Source: a virus
Strand: one strand, 5' to 3'
Length of the DNA: 64,000 bases
UHGV virus genome: UHGV-1421865
Positions 28,618-39,511 of this stretch are shown piece after piece. The translations under genes were made by a program, and so were the position numbers. Below the pieces are notes generated by a model. It had not been told where the DNA came from. It saw only the letters and a list, made by a program, of their open reading frames with translations, and did not search any database. The first letter of the stretch is position 1. Every line of letters starts with the position of its first letter.

Positions 28618-29400
28618 TTAGTTTTTTATTTTAGGACGGAATCGTTGAGGTTGATTATCACAACCGTAGAACATTTTCTTTTTACTATCTCTATGTATTT
28701 TTGATAAGTCCCAATGTGATAAATTACATCTAAATTTTTTACAGCCGTAGAACATCAATAATGTATCACGAACATTGGTCGCAATCGTTCCCCATTTACT
28801 TAAATCTACATTTAGATTTTCACAGTTTTCAAACATTCTAGACATGTTTTCTACATTGGACACGTCCCAATTTTCTAGTCCTTTGCCTTCAAAGTTTTTA
28901 CAAATAGCAAACATACTGGACATGTTTTCAACATTTGATACATTCCATTTATCTAAACTAATACCTGCAAATTTTGAACAACCATTAAACATACTGGACA
29001 TGTTTTCAACATTTGATACATTCCATTTATCTAAACCAATACCTTCGAATGCTGAACACTTAAAAAATATAATTGACATATCCTTAACCTTAGACACATC
29101 CCAACCGGACAAGTCACAATTGAAGTCACTACAAAGTTTGAACATGCCGCGCATATTTGTCACATTAGATGTGTCCCATTTGTCTATCTTAATGTTTCCA
29201 ATCTTATTCCACCAAAACAGCATAGACATATCTGTAATACGCGATGTATCAATATGATTCAAATCGGCATCCGGACCCTGACGTTCTATTTCGTCTTTTA
29301 TTATATCTATAAGCTCCTCTTTTGTAGTAGGCGTTTTTGTTATTGATTTAGTATTAGACGTAATCTTTAATCGTTCATTTATGAAATGTGAAAATGACAT
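28618..29400 (-). CDS. DUF285-type repeat protein paralog (260 aa, 8 repeats).
   Basis: MSFSHFINERLKITSNTKS head plus repeats. Confidence 0.8.
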   Translation of the reverse strand: MSFSHFINERLKITSNTKSITKTPTTKEELIDIIKDEIERQGPDADLNHIDTSRITDMSMLFWWNKIGNIKIDKWDTSNVTNMRGMFKLCSDFNCDLSGWDVSKVKDMSIIFFKCSAFEGIGLDKWNVSNVENMSSMFNGCSKFAGISLDKWNVSNVENMSSMFAICKNFEGKGLENWDVSNVENMSRMFENCENLNVDLSKWGTIATNVRDTLLMFYGCKKFRCNLSHWDLSKIHRDSKKKMFYGCDNQPQRFRPKIKN

Positions 29401-29409
29401 AATATAGTG

Positions 29410-30186
29410 TTATTTTGTTTTCGCTCTAAATCGTTGCGGTTGATTATCACAACCATAGAACACTTTCTTTTTATTATTCGGATTTATTTTAGATAAGTCC
29501 CAGTGTGATAAATTACATCTAAGTTTTCTACAATTATAGAACATCGATGATATGTTTCTAACATTAGAGACGTCCCATTTTGAAAGATCTGTATCGAGAT
29601 TTTCACATACGTTGAACATATTCTCCATATTAGTCACATTAGATACGTTCCAATTTCCTAATCCGTCACCGACAAGATTTTCACAACCATCGAACATACC
29701 TAACATATTTTTAACGTTAGAAACGTCCCACTTACCTAAACTATTACCTTCAAAAATGTCACAATCTAAAAACATATAAGCCATATTAGTCACATTAGAG
29801 ACGTCCCAACCAGATAACTCACCATTAAAGTTCTTACAACTGTCGAACATTGAGTTCATCTTGGTTACTTTTGAAGTGTCCCATTTAGATAACGCAGTTT
29901 GTCCTGTAAATTCCTCACAACCATAAAACATCGATGCCATATCTGTAACATTAGATGTGTCCCACTTGTCAACTTGGATATTTCTTATATCGAGATCCTC
30001 AAATAACGCAGACATGTCTGTTATATTCGACGTATCGATGCAGTTCAAATCGGCATCTGGACCCTGACGTTTTAGTTCTTGTTCTATAATAGATCTAAGT
30101 TCGTCTTTTGTTTCAGCTGTTCGTGTAGCTGACTTGCTATTAGATGTTATTTTAAGCCGTTCTGTCACGAAATTTTGTAGGTCCAT
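29410..30186 (-). CDS. DUF285-type repeat protein paralog (258 aa, 8 repeats).
   Basis: MDLQNFVTERLKITSNSKS head plus repeats. Confidence 0.8.
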   Translation of the reverse strand: MDLQNFVTERLKITSNSKSATRTAETKDELRSIIEQELKRQGPDADLNCIDTSNITDMSALFEDLDIRNIQVDKWDTSNVTDMASMFYGCEEFTGQTALSKWDTSKVTKMNSMFDSCKNFNGELSGWDVSNVTNMAYMFLDCDIFEGNSLGKWDVSNVKNMLGMFDGCENLVGDGLGNWNVSNVTNMENMFNVCENLDTDLSKWDVSNVRNISSMFYNCRKLRCNLSHWDLSKINPNNKKKVFYGCDNQPQRFRAKTK

Positions 30187-30237
30187 ACAGTAATAAAACT
30201 TGTTATATATCTAAAAATCAAAAATCAACTCACAAGC

Positions 30238-31278
30238 CTACAAGAAGCTCGTGAGTTGATCTATATTATTTCTCGTACCTATAACATCGTTCATTGCATT
30301 CTCTAGTCTGTCTCTTAACGTACCGTCCAGGGATTCTGTGAAAGTGTCCGGCAAGTCGTAATCGTCAAGCACTCTTAAGATATTCTCCGGATAGTTTCGT
30401 CTGTCGAGATAAACAAGACGACGATTGTACTTATAATGCTCTAAGGCATCGTCGACACTACCGACTACATTAGTACTATATTTGTCGTACATCCGTTTAA
30501 TGTAATTAGTATAGTCGTCTGGGTTAAAGACGTCTATGTCCAAGACCATGTCCCCCTTAGAGATCTTATAGTTCCGGTCTTTCTTCCGTCGAACAAGAAT
30601 AGGTAATATATTATCCGATACATCACCGTGAAGTATCTTATCGACGACTACCTCGTACGGATTGATTCGTTTCTCCCCCGCTACACCGAACAGGCTGTTG
30701 TAGATATTAAACGTATCTTCTGCACTCGAAAAGAAGAAATCCATCTCATCGTACTTGTACGTTCCGTCCACGATGATGTTCTTTCCGTTGTAACATACTG
30801 TAAATGAGTCCTTTGTAGACCGAACAAGTTGTGTTAAGTCCTTGTCGGTACTCCATATCATACAGTTGTTACCCTTCTCGTTCAATTTTGTCGACCAAAA
30901 CCAACACCAGTCGTCACCTTCTATACCGTATTCTTTGTACGTCGGAATATACCTGGACATCTGGTCTTGCCATTTGTCATATACTTTATATAACTTCGAC
31001 CAGTCAAATTCATCGGTATGTACTCTGTTCGATTTGTAAACCTCCTCAGATAGATAATTAGGCTTCGGTAATTTCTTTCGCCAGCTACCACCGTCACAGA
31101 CTAAGATACATTCTGTAAATTCGAATGTATTCACCATTTGACGTATCGAATTCGTCAGCAACTGCGGTAACTCTGCAAAGACTCGGTTTTGATCGTTTTT
31201 GTACTTCGATCGTAAGACGGAAACACGACTCATCAAGAGCCAGTTTCCATCCACGACTAACGTTAGTCTATAATTCAT
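30238..31278 (-). CDS. rnh: T4 RNase H-like 5'-3' exonuclease / flap endonuclease.
   Basis: LVVDGNWLL, ILVCDGGSWRKK...YKSNR, EGDDWCWF and MIWSTDKDLTQLV align with T4 RNase H blocks. Confidence 0.7.
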   Translation of the reverse strand: MNYRLTLVVDGNWLLMSRVSVLRSKYKNDQNRVFAELPQLLTNSIRQMVNTFEFTECILVCDGGSWRKKLPKPNYLSEEVYKSNRVHTDEFDWSKLYKVYDKWQDQMSRYIPTYKEYGIEGDDWCWFWSTKLNEKGNNCMIWSTDKDLTQLVRSTKDSFTVCYNGKNIIVDGTYKYDEMDFFFSSAEDTFNIYNSLFGVAGEKRINPYEVVVDKILHGDVSDNILPILVRRKKDRNYKISKGDMVLDIDVFNPDDYTNYIKRMYDKYSTNVVGSVDDALEHYKYNRRLVYLDRRNYPENILRVLDDYDLPDTFTESLDGTLRDRLENAMNDVIGTRNNIDQLTSFL

Positions 31279-31620
31279 ATTTACTGAACTACAGAGTCAC
31301 AAAGTACGGTATCACATTGTACACTGTCGAGACTGTCGACTTGTACAGTGTCAATAGAATCAACGTCAGTAGTTTTCTTCGCGGTGCCGTTGCATGCCAC
31401 GAATGATGATGCCATTACCATAGCAATGGCTGCGATAACTAAACTTTTCATTTTTGTTTTTATTATAGATTTGTTAAAAATTTTGATACTTACTTGTATA
31501 TTCTTGAACAGACTGTATAAGACTGTTAAATTTGAAGTAGTTATATATAGATGACTATTAAAGCCTATCGACTAAATTGTGCTTATGAAGACTGTAGTAG
31601 TGTGTGTAGACTAGACTATT
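31279..31620. promoter_or_regulatory. Intergenic region rich in tgtaca / agactgt palindromic and direct-repeat motifs.
   Basis: ttgtacactgtcgagactgtcgacttgtacagtgtc and multiple agactgt / agacta copies. Confidence 0.35.
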
Positions 31621-31987
31621 TCCGACTATTAAAAACGTCGACGAGGATTTTCCCTAATCTAACCGCCTTGTTAGCGACGTCTCTGTAATACTTTTCGTCG
31701 TTCAGTCGATCTTTGTCCGCTAAATTCGTAAATATAGTAGCTGCGACCTGCAGGGGCTTATCTATATTCGGATTTAAAGATTTAATAGCCTGTACGATTT
31801 CTTCTGAACTTGTGTCGGACGTTGTTGTACTGCTTTTATCAGAAGAATCAGTCGAACTTTGTCCTTTTGTGTCGATAGAGCGTACAATGTCGCCTAATTT
31901 ATTTACCAATTCGTCTAATTTGTCAACTATAGGTGCTATATCGACCGGATCGTGTTGTTGTATTACTAGTTTGTTTGCTGTCGGCAT
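31616..31987 (-). CDS. Hypothetical protein (123 aa) with a Ser/Thr/Asp-rich linker.
   Basis: ORF only. Confidence 0.45.
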   Translation of the reverse strand: MPTANKLVIQQHDPVDIAPIVDKLDELVNKLGDIVRSIDTKGQSSTDSSDKSSTTTSDTSSEEIVQAIKSLNPNIDKPLQVAATIFTNLADKDRLNDEKYYRDVANKAVRLGKILVDVFNSRK

Positions 31988-32445
31988 TTGTTCAGATCAT
32001 TATATCGACGTATAGAGTCGGCACAAATACGGCAGTATCGGCGGGCGTACAACATCTTCTTTAGTTTGATAGGGATATTGTACAAGGTATCGTCGACGTA
32101 GAAATCGTCGCTCGTTTGTCTCGTTTTTGTACTATATAAGAAAAATCCCCAATCGTTAGTATATGTATTATGTCTTTTGAATATACAAAGACTGTCGAAA
32201 TGACTATTATAATCGTCTTTCTTAGCTTCCAGTTTATATACCAGGCCGTTGATACTTAGATCGGCGGCATCGTCGTTCACAACCAGTTTGCCGTTATCGT
32301 CTGTACTGAAATTTACAAGCGTACTTCCCGTAGATATGACGTCGTTGTGGAACTTGCAATTAGACATAAGATGTTTTAGTATATAAATCTCAGGTTTAGA
32401 AATATCTATAGCCTGCTTGCGAATCAATTCTATTTTACTTTGCAT
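31966..32445 (-). CDS. Hypothetical protein (159 aa).
   Basis: ORF only. Confidence 0.45.
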   Translation of the reverse strand: MQSKIELIRKQAIDISKPEIYILKHLMSNCKFHNDVISTGSTLVNFSTDDNGKLVVNDDAADLSINGLVYKLEAKKDDYNSHFDSLCIFKRHNTYTNDWGFFLYSTKTRQTSDDFYVDDTLYNIPIKLKKMLYARRYCRICADSIRRYNDLNKCRQQTN

Positions 32446-32446
32446 T

Positions 32447-32956
32447 CTAATTAAATAGATCTTTAGCGTTTTGATATGTTAAATTATACTGCGACGTTAG
32501 CTGCTTTAAGATGTAGTTGTCTATCGTCTGTTGTTCTACTTTGTGCGAAAGTTCCTTATATAGATATTCCAAACATTCTTTATAAGAGCCAAAACTATAT
32601 TCCAGACTAGGATATACCTTGTTATACAACCATTTAACTACTTGATCGACATAGTCTAAATTAGGATTCACACCAATCTGATATAATTTAGAGACTGTAT
32701 AAATATCTTGTACGTTTAATACAGTCTTCTCTATAACCTGCTCCAGAGAACATACCGTAATAACTAATTTAGATCCGGTGTAATTTTGTGCCGAAAATAT
32801 ATTATTGTCCTTTAATAGTTCAATAAACTGTTTTTCGAACAACAGTTCTTCATTACCGTTATAATTGTTATCTATATATACAACAGGCGAACCGTCTCTC
32901 ATCGCAACATTTCCGGGCAATAATACGTTACAAATAAGTATTCGTTTGTCTTTCAT
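32447..32956 (-). CDS. Hypothetical protein (169 aa).
   Basis: ORF only. Confidence 0.45.
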   Translation of the reverse strand: MKDKRILICNVLLPGNVAMRDGSPVVYIDNNYNGNEELLFEKQFIELLKDNNIFSAQNYTGSKLVITVCSLEQVIEKTVLNVQDIYTVSKLYQIGVNPNLDYVDQVVKWLYNKVYPSLEYSFGSYKECLEYLYKELSHKVEQQTIDNYILKQLTSQYNLTYQNAKDLFN

Positions 32957-33056
32957 TTCTGTTTTAGTTTATTCATATACATATATAGTGTATTTTATGA
33001 ATAAAATCAGCCAAATAAACGACTATTTCAGTGCTATTTTAGACTGATTTTGTCGG

Positions 33057-33205
33057 TTTCTGTTTTGCGTACTGGTATGCTAAACTGTGACGTCCACGTA
33101 AAGGCACTTTTTAGCCTCTCTAATGCACTCAAATGTACTGACCTTGGTAATACTAAGGTCCAAGAAAAATCGTGCGTTACAGGGCAAGTTTTTAGATGGT
33201 TCTTA
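33057..33205 (+). ncRNA. Structured repeat element, copy 5.
   Basis: Conserved 5' segment. Stems ctctctaatgcac/gtgcgttacaggg and gaccttggta/tactaaggtc. U-tract aagtttttag. Confidence 0.5.
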
Positions 33206-33255
33206 TATATACAAAATAATAACGTAGTAGACTACAATTAGACTATACCAGAGTA

Positions 33256-36200
33256 TCAAATAGCCGCGACAGATGCAAACAAACTGGGTTCGTTTTCTGT
33301 ATCATGGGTATCTGCTACCGACAGTGCCGTATACTTTTTGATGTTCTTATATATAGTATAGTTCTTTTCGAAGTCGATAGTTTCTTTTGTTTTCAATCGT
33401 TCGATACTATTATCGGCGGCTTTAAGCTTGTCGATGGCGTACGTAGTAGGAACAATAGTAGTCAGTACAGTATCGGGGACATCGGCTACTTTTTCTGCCG
33501 GCACATGATAACCCAGTGTACCTTCGATTTCGGCGATTTTGTCCTCTTTATTGTCGTTTTCTAAGTTAATAAGTTCTCCGATCACGCTATCTAAGAAGAA
33601 GTCTTTCGTTACGTCGGTACCCGCGTAGGTGTCTTTTACAAGATGTTTCGAATGCCATTCAAGTTCTAACTGGCTGAGTGTCACTGTTTTATTGCTACCT
33701 TTCTTGATTTCACAGATCACCATAAACATTTCCTTTACATACTCTCTAATCTTTTTAAGGAACTTCTTATCGGCCACGGCGATACCTTTAATGCTATTGG
33801 CATAGTCGCATGAGAACTGGTCCAGTTTCTTCTTGAACTCGTCGCGGCTCAATTCGATACCTTCATTTTCTTTAATAAAGCCTTTAATTGCATTGTAGGT
33901 TTGCCATACCGGTACATCGAGTTTATTGCTCTTACGGGCCGCTTCGATACGAACCAGTTTAACGATTCTATTTAGTTTAGTAAAGTTGATAAGTCCGTTC
34001 TTGCCGCAGCTGTGTTTATAAATGTCTTTAATAGTATCGATGGAATACTCTTTATAAAGCTCTTTTAAGATTTCACCGTTACGGTCGATGATGTCCAGTC
34101 TGTTGTTATATAGACCGAGTTGTTCCCGTTCTTTATCGTACTTTTTAAGTTTGAAGATGTCCAAATCACCCTTCTTCGTCGCAAAATAGTATTCGATATT
34201 ATCTTCCGTCATGTGATCGAGGAGGGTAAATGTCTCAGATGTCACAGCCAGACGCATTTCGGAACGAACACCGGCGATAAATTCGTTGAGCTGGTCGACC
34301 TTGTCTTCGGTCATTTGGTTGTTATTATAAGTAATATTCACTTCATAGCCGAAATAACGCATATTCGACGCCAGTACAGGGTACTGTTTAGCATATACAG
34401 AATAACGTTCTTCGAAGATATTGAGCTTATAACCGGTGATGTTGATATAATAAAGCGATTCCTGTTCGTTGTATTTGATAAAGTTGTTGGCAGCTACCAA
34501 ATTACGGATAATAGGATTAAAACGATATTCTTCACCGTTGCGCTTGATCATTTCATTGCACGCTTGAATAATGTCACGAGCGAACAGCACATCTTCTCTG
34601 TCGGCGTCCAGTTTGAGTTTTTGTACTTTATTATAGTCGATAGCAAAACCGTCCGCATCGTGTCCGGGTAGGAACAGTTTAACATACAAGTCGTTGCCTC
34701 TCAGGCGGTTAGCAAACTGTTCGATGTCCTGTGCAATCCACATTTCGTCGAAGTAAACAGAGAATTGCCCTTTGTCCTTGATGTCGACACCGACAGAGAG
34801 GTAATTGGTACAGAAAATAATGTCGTTATCACCTACGGTTTGTGAGAAGTTGATGTCGTCCATCGACTCTTCACCGTAGTTAGATTTCTTATAATAGAAC
34901 ATATTCAATTTACGACCGAATCCGTCGGCTTCCAGACACTGCTGTACCAACGACGTGATAATAGCCACATGGGTCTCTCCTTTGTTCGTCGGGAACAAGA
35001 TCTTACGACCTGCTTTAATATCTTCTGCAATGGCTTTGGTGATTTCAATCACCTGTTCGCTCTTAGAATAGCAAACCGTTGTATCGAATTTCTTAATACG
35101 GTTATCCTCCTTTTGTACACGAATATGTTTAATACCTTGAAGGAATGTCATCTCGCCGGTCGGTGTGCCAGTCATTATTATGACTGGGATCTGCGACATA
35201 GTGAGCTTTTCGAGACACGTCGCCATCACCGGACGGTACGACGAAGTGAACAACAAGTGACTTTCGTCGAGTACGATATAGTCGAAGTTACTGTATTCGA
35301 TGATATTGTTGCTGACATTAGCAAATTTATCGGGTGTCATCACCATCGACTTACGGGTATCGAGGAAATCGTCGAAACTCGGTTTCTTAGAACCGTAATA
35401 GTACAGCCATTCTTCGGACAATACGGGGTCGGCCTCAATCTTGGACTTGATTGTGGATGTAAAGGGCAGCACCATCAGGACGCGACCGCCCATTCGTTTT
35501 ACCATTTCCGTCTTACCGTAACCGGCACCGGCCTCGATAAGTGTGATCTTACCGAGGTTCTTTATAATATCGTCTTTAATGTCGGACAAGTATTCGGTAG
35601 CACTCAGGCGGAGTTCTACTTTATTGTCTGCCATATTGTCCGTAACGATGCGAGTAGGGTCGGTAACGGCATCCGCATTATTGATCTTTTCGGCCAATTC
35701 CGCCAGTGTCTCGTCAGAGGTAGTATCGTTATAACGAATTTCAAGACCGAATTGGTTGTTCAGCTCCTTGATCGCCCATTTCGATACCGGCTTGTTGTGT
35801 GTTGCAGCCGTCTTCACGTCACCGGCGAGTTCTCCCTTCGGTGTTTGAGGACACAGGGACATCATCATAACAAGCGCCTTTTGTGCACCGTACAATGCGG
35901 TAAGGGTATTGGCCAGCTGCCAACGTTGTGCGTGTTTATAGTGACGTTTGTTATTTACGATAACAGGACAGTCTACATCTGCATCAAATACTACATTTTC
36001 GATACTGATGTCGTCGACCGTGTTGTCCTTGCTGAACCATTCGTGTTTCTTAAATACCTCTTCAAGTACAGGATCGTTCAACCAACAAGCCAGGTACTTG
36101 TCGTTCAACGCCGCTGCTACATTATAAGGCAATGGTACGTCCACAAAGTTGGTAGACAAGAGAATATCCTCGTCGTGCGCTAAGAAAATACCTTGTTGAG

Positions 36201-36978
36201 GCTTGCACATCGCCATGTCCATATATTTCAGAATATCATCTTCAGTATACCCCAGTTCGGTAGCGAACTCTCTGAGTACCAAATAGATAAACGAATACTT
36301 ATGACGATAATTGCAAATAAATTCAGGTTCTTTTGAGACAGTGTAGTCGCTGCCTACGTCGATTTTAGTCCAGATGTGGAGACCCGCGCCGGACGAAGAA
36401 GTCGATACACCCAAGAACCAAGTGTATTTATTCAGTTTATCAAAAAGAATCTGTTTCAGTCGCTTTGCAATGTCGAAATCTTTGATGTCGAGGTCGAAAA
36501 TCTGCAGACCGTTCCATGTATTGTACGCCTCTGCCTTTACAGGTCGCAAATTCTGCGACGTAGAATACACAACTTTACGCAATTTCTTGTCGATACCCGC
36601 CGAGCTGTTGTTCATCATGTACTTGAACACACCGCCAAGGGCGATTAAGTCGCCGTTGTGTTGATTTACACGATGGATAACGAGTGTAGCCAGGGTTTTA
36701 TTCAAGAAATTGATCCAGGCCTCACGTTCATATACATTACATTTTGCAAAGTCGACATGACTAAATTGACTGTTATTGCTAGAACTAGCACTATTTTTAT
36801 CGGTTGACGAACACATATTAAAGAAACTTAGGGTGTCAACCAGCGTATTTGTGTTATTTTTATACAACTCTAGCGCGGAATTCGCATTCATATTTGAATT
36901 GTTATTTTTATACGACTCTAATACGGAATTCGCATTCATAACAGATTTCGTGTCGGGGTTATTTAATGTGGAAATCAT
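33256..36978 (-). CDS. Large helicase-domain protein (1240 aa). Candidate replicative primase/helicase.
   Basis: Walker A LIEAGAGYGKTEMV and Walker B IVLDESHLL in the central region. Confidence 0.65.
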   Translation of the reverse strand: MISTLNNPDTKSVMNANSVLESYKNNNSNMNANSALELYKNNTNTLVDTLSFFNMCSSTDKNSASSSNNSQFSHVDFAKCNVYEREAWINFLNKTLATLVIHRVNQHNGDLIALGGVFKYMMNNSSAGIDKKLRKVVYSTSQNLRPVKAEAYNTWNGLQIFDLDIKDFDIAKRLKQILFDKLNKYTWFLGVSTSSSGAGLHIWTKIDVGSDYTVSKEPEFICNYRHKYSFIYLVLREFATELGYTEDDILKYMDMAMCKPQQGIFLAHDEDILLSTNFVDVPLPYNVAAALNDKYLACWLNDPVLEEVFKKHEWFSKDNTVDDISIENVVFDADVDCPVIVNNKRHYKHAQRWQLANTLTALYGAQKALVMMMSLCPQTPKGELAGDVKTAATHNKPVSKWAIKELNNQFGLEIRYNDTTSDETLAELAEKINNADAVTDPTRIVTDNMADNKVELRLSATEYLSDIKDDIIKNLGKITLIEAGAGYGKTEMVKRMGGRVLMVLPFTSTIKSKIEADPVLSEEWLYYYGSKKPSFDDFLDTRKSMVMTPDKFANVSNNIIEYSNFDYIVLDESHLLFTSSYRPVMATCLEKLTMSQIPVIIMTGTPTGEMTFLQGIKHIRVQKEDNRIKKFDTTVCYSKSEQVIEITKAIAEDIKAGRKILFPTNKGETHVAIITSLVQQCLEADGFGRKLNMFYYKKSNYGEESMDDINFSQTVGDNDIIFCTNYLSVGVDIKDKGQFSVYFDEMWIAQDIEQFANRLRGNDLYVKLFLPGHDADGFAIDYNKVQKLKLDADREDVLFARDIIQACNEMIKRNGEEYRFNPIIRNLVAANNFIKYNEQESLYYINITGYKLNIFEERYSVYAKQYPVLASNMRYFGYEVNITYNNNQMTEDKVDQLNEFIAGVRSEMRLAVTSETFTLLDHMTEDNIEYYFATKKGDLDIFKLKKYDKEREQLGLYNNRLDIIDRNGEILKELYKEYSIDTIKDIYKHSCGKNGLINFTKLNRIVKLVRIEAARKSNKLDVPVWQTYNAIKGFIKENEGIELSRDEFKKKLDQFSCDYANSIKGIAVADKKFLKKIREYVKEMFMVICEIKKGSNKTVTLSQLELEWHSKHLVKDTYAGTDVTKDFFLDSVIGELINLENDNKEDKIAEIEGTLGYHVPAEKVADVPDTVLTTIVPTTYAIDKLKAADNSIERLKTKETIDFEKNYTIYKNIKKYTALSVADTHDTENEPSLFASVAAI

Positions 36979-37260
36979 ATTTGGGTTATATATTTGTTAT
37001 TTATATAGTCTAAATATGGGAATAAATCATGTTCGGGAGAATGTGATTTATTTTTTTATATATTTGACTATATATTTGGTTTTGTTGTTTTGTATATGTA
37101 TATAAAAATTGCCGATATAATCTTCTGAAACAATAAAATTTCGGTGTTTTTACGATAAAAAATCTTAATTAACTGACATACAATGTGTTAGTCTGCATGT
37201 GTATTCTGGTTGCATTTATAGAGTGATTTTGTTGATCTTTTTGAAAGAAAGTTATATGAT
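36979..37260. other. AT-rich intergenic region. Candidate DNA-unwinding element adjacent to iterons.
   Basis: Runs of tttatatat / ttttgtt. Divergent from the helicase gene. See the iteron block at 37275-37360. Confidence 0.4.
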
Positions 37261-37274
37261 TATAGATATACACG

Positions 37275-37360
37275 GCTTGTCGTGATAACCACAGACAAAG
37301 TCTGACAATCACACGACTTGCAGTGATAAACACAAGCGTAGCGAGACAATCACAATCTAC
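37275..37360. repeat. Four direct iterons tgA(t/c)AA(a/c/t)CACA with ~20-bp spacing.
   Basis: tgataaccaca at 37283, tgacaatcaca at 37302, tgataaacaca at 37324, agacaatcaca at 37344. Confidence 0.6.
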
Positions 37361-37393
37361 CAACAAAGAACATACAAAAAAGAATTAGAATAT

Positions 37394-39508
37394 ATGGAAG
37401 TTATTAAGCGAGACGGTCGAACACAGGATTTCGACGTTAATAAAATTAAGTTTGCTATAGAAAAAGCCGGTGTCGTAGACGGTACAAACGAGGTTATCGA
37501 CGCTATATTAGACGTATTAGTACAGAAATACGGTACGGACGCACAAGTGCCCATCGAAGATCTCCAAGACATCATCGTAAAGGTACTTCGAAAGAACCAT
37601 CGTAAACAAGCCAAGTTATATAAGGAATACGCCGACAATAGAACCAAGATACGAGACAGCAAAATCAATAATTCGTATTATAATAGAATCTTTGAATTGA
37701 TCAACGGCGTCTTAAACGATACGAGTACAGAAAATTCGAACAAGGACGCCAAGCAAATGCACGTTATCCGGGACTTGATCGCCGGTGAATTGTCAAAGAA
37801 GATGTATCGCGAACATGTAATGCCGGCCCAACTAATGGACTTGCACGACAAAGGTATCATTCACGTTCACGACTGTGACTATCGATTGCAACCGGCGATG
37901 TCGAATTGTGGACTCGTTAATTTAGAAGACGTATTGCAGCACGGTACTGTAATGAACGGTAAGATGATCGAGAAGCCTCATTCCCTCAGAACAGCCGCCA
38001 ATATCGCCACACAAGTCGTCGCAGCCGTCGGTTCGAGTCAGTACGGCGGTATCACTTTTACCATGACACATCTTGCACCGTTCGTAAAGATTTCTTCCGA
38101 TAGAATATATAAAAGACTACGCGACCTAAATTTAGACGAGACTACTCTTGCTGCGTTGCACGACAAAATGTTGACAGAAGAGATAGAAGAGTCTATCCAA
38201 ACTATTAACTATCAGCTAAATACGATGTCTACTACAAACGGCCAGTCGCCCTTTATAACTATATTCTGTTATGCCGACGAGGATCCCGAGTACAAACAAG
38301 AGACCGTACTACTCATCGAAGAACTGTTTAGACAACGTATTAAAGGAATGAAATCGCCGTCTGGACACGTTATCAATCCTACTTTCCCTAAGATAGTATA
38401 TGTCCTCACCGAGTCCAATTTGGATCCGAAGTCAGAAGATTTCAAGACAACCTATCTCGCAGCACAGTGTACATGTAAGCGAATGGTTCCGGACTATATG
38501 AGTGAGAAGAAAGCAAAGGAATACAAAGAAGGTTGTGTTATTCCCCCTATGGGCTGTCGCTCGTTCTTGTCGCCGTGGAAGAACAAAGACGGACAGTACC
38601 AGATCTACGGTCGTATGAACACCGGTGTTATTTCTATCAATCTTCCTTATATAGCACTTTCTTCCGATAACGTCGACGACTTTTATGAAAAGTTAGAATA
38701 CCTGGTGGTATACATCTGCGAACAACAAAAGAAGATCCACGACAGTATTGCCAATTCACAAATCGATATAGCACCTATCTTATGGAAATACGGTGTCTAC
38801 GGTCGTGCCGCGGAAGGAACAATCAAACAATGTATCGATAACCTTAAATGTAGTGTTTCTGTGGGTTACATGGGTATCGCCGAGGCGGTAGAACGATTCG
38901 GTGTTCGTTATAATACAGAACAAGGTCACGAACTAGGTCTTGCTATTATAAAAAAACTTTTCGATATTGTAACAGAACAAAAACAGAAATTAGGTATCTC
39001 GTTAGGACTGTACGGTACCCCTGCCGAGTCGTTGACGACAAAGTTTGCCCGTGCATGTAAGAAATTTGATGTTATAGAGCATGTAAACGACAGAGACTAT
39101 ATCACGAATTCTTACCATATACCGGTAGAAACAGAAATCGACGGTTTCTCTAAAATTGATTTCGAAGCAGAATTCCAACGTTATTCTCATAACGGTGCTA
39201 TCTCGTATATCGAAATGCCCGACATCAAGAACAACCCCGAGGCTGTCATCGAAGTACTTCGTCATATATACGATAAAATAATGTATTGCGAGATCAATAC
39301 GACCGGGTGTAGTACATGCTATGCGTGCGGCTACGAAGGTGAAATGAAGATGGGCGATCACAATCATTTCGAATGTCCTAATTGCGGTAATACGAATCCG
39401 GAATTGTTAAATATCATCTATAGAACATGCGGGTACTTGGGAGAGTTCTCTCACGGTACTTCGAAAGGTCGTTGGGACGATATTAAGAACCGTGTAAAGC
39501 ACTTTTAA
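37394..39508 (+). CDS. nrdD: Anaerobic ribonucleoside-triphosphate reductase (class III), with N-terminal ATP-cone and C-terminal glycyl-radical domain.
   Basis: ATP-cone start VIKRDGRTQDFDVNKIKFAI. Zn-ribbon CSTCYAC...CPNCG. Glycyl-radical motif RTCGYLG near the C-terminus. Confidence 0.9.
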   Translation: MEVIKRDGRTQDFDVNKIKFAIEKAGVVDGTNEVIDAILDVLVQKYGTDAQVPIEDLQDIIVKVLRKNHRKQAKLYKEYADNRTKIRDSKINNSYYNRIFELINGVLNDTSTENSNKDAKQMHVIRDLIAGELSKKMYREHVMPAQLMDLHDKGIIHVHDCDYRLQPAMSNCGLVNLEDVLQHGTVMNGKMIEKPHSLRTAANIATQVVAAVGSSQYGGITFTMTHLAPFVKISSDRIYKRLRDLNLDETTLAALHDKMLTEEIEESIQTINYQLNTMSTTNGQSPFITIFCYADEDPEYKQETVLLIEELFRQRIKGMKSPSGHVINPTFPKIVYVLTESNLDPKSEDFKTTYLAAQCTCKRMVPDYMSEKKAKEYKEGCVIPPMGCRSFLSPWKNKDGQYQIYGRMNTGVISINLPYIALSSDNVDDFYEKLEYLVVYICEQQKKIHDSIANSQIDIAPILWKYGVYGRAAEGTIKQCIDNLKCSVSVGYMGIAEAVERFGVRYNTEQGHELGLAIIKKLFDIVTEQKQKLGISLGLYGTPAESLTTKFARACKKFDVIEHVNDRDYITNSYHIPVETEIDGFSKIDFEAEFQRYSHNGAISYIEMPDIKNNPEAVIEVLRHIYDKIMYCEINTTGCSTCYACGYEGEMKMGDHNHFECPNCGNTNPELLNIIYRTCGYLGEFSHGTSKGRWDDIKNRVKHF

Positions 39509-39511
39509 TCG

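Noticed and set aside
28775-29257. Plus-strand ORFs inside the minus-strand repeat-protein arrays (for example 28775-29257, 15371-16078, 58517-58801, 61812-62240)
   Set aside because: They are antisense to strongly conserved paralog genes. They arise because the periodic repeats keep alternative frames open, and they show no independent conservation.
34969-36183. 404-aa ORF on the plus strand
   Set aside because: It lies entirely antisense to the helicase-domain gene, which has clear Walker A/B motifs. The ORF is Cys/His/Arg-rich with no motif, and is best explained as a chance open frame in a long gene.
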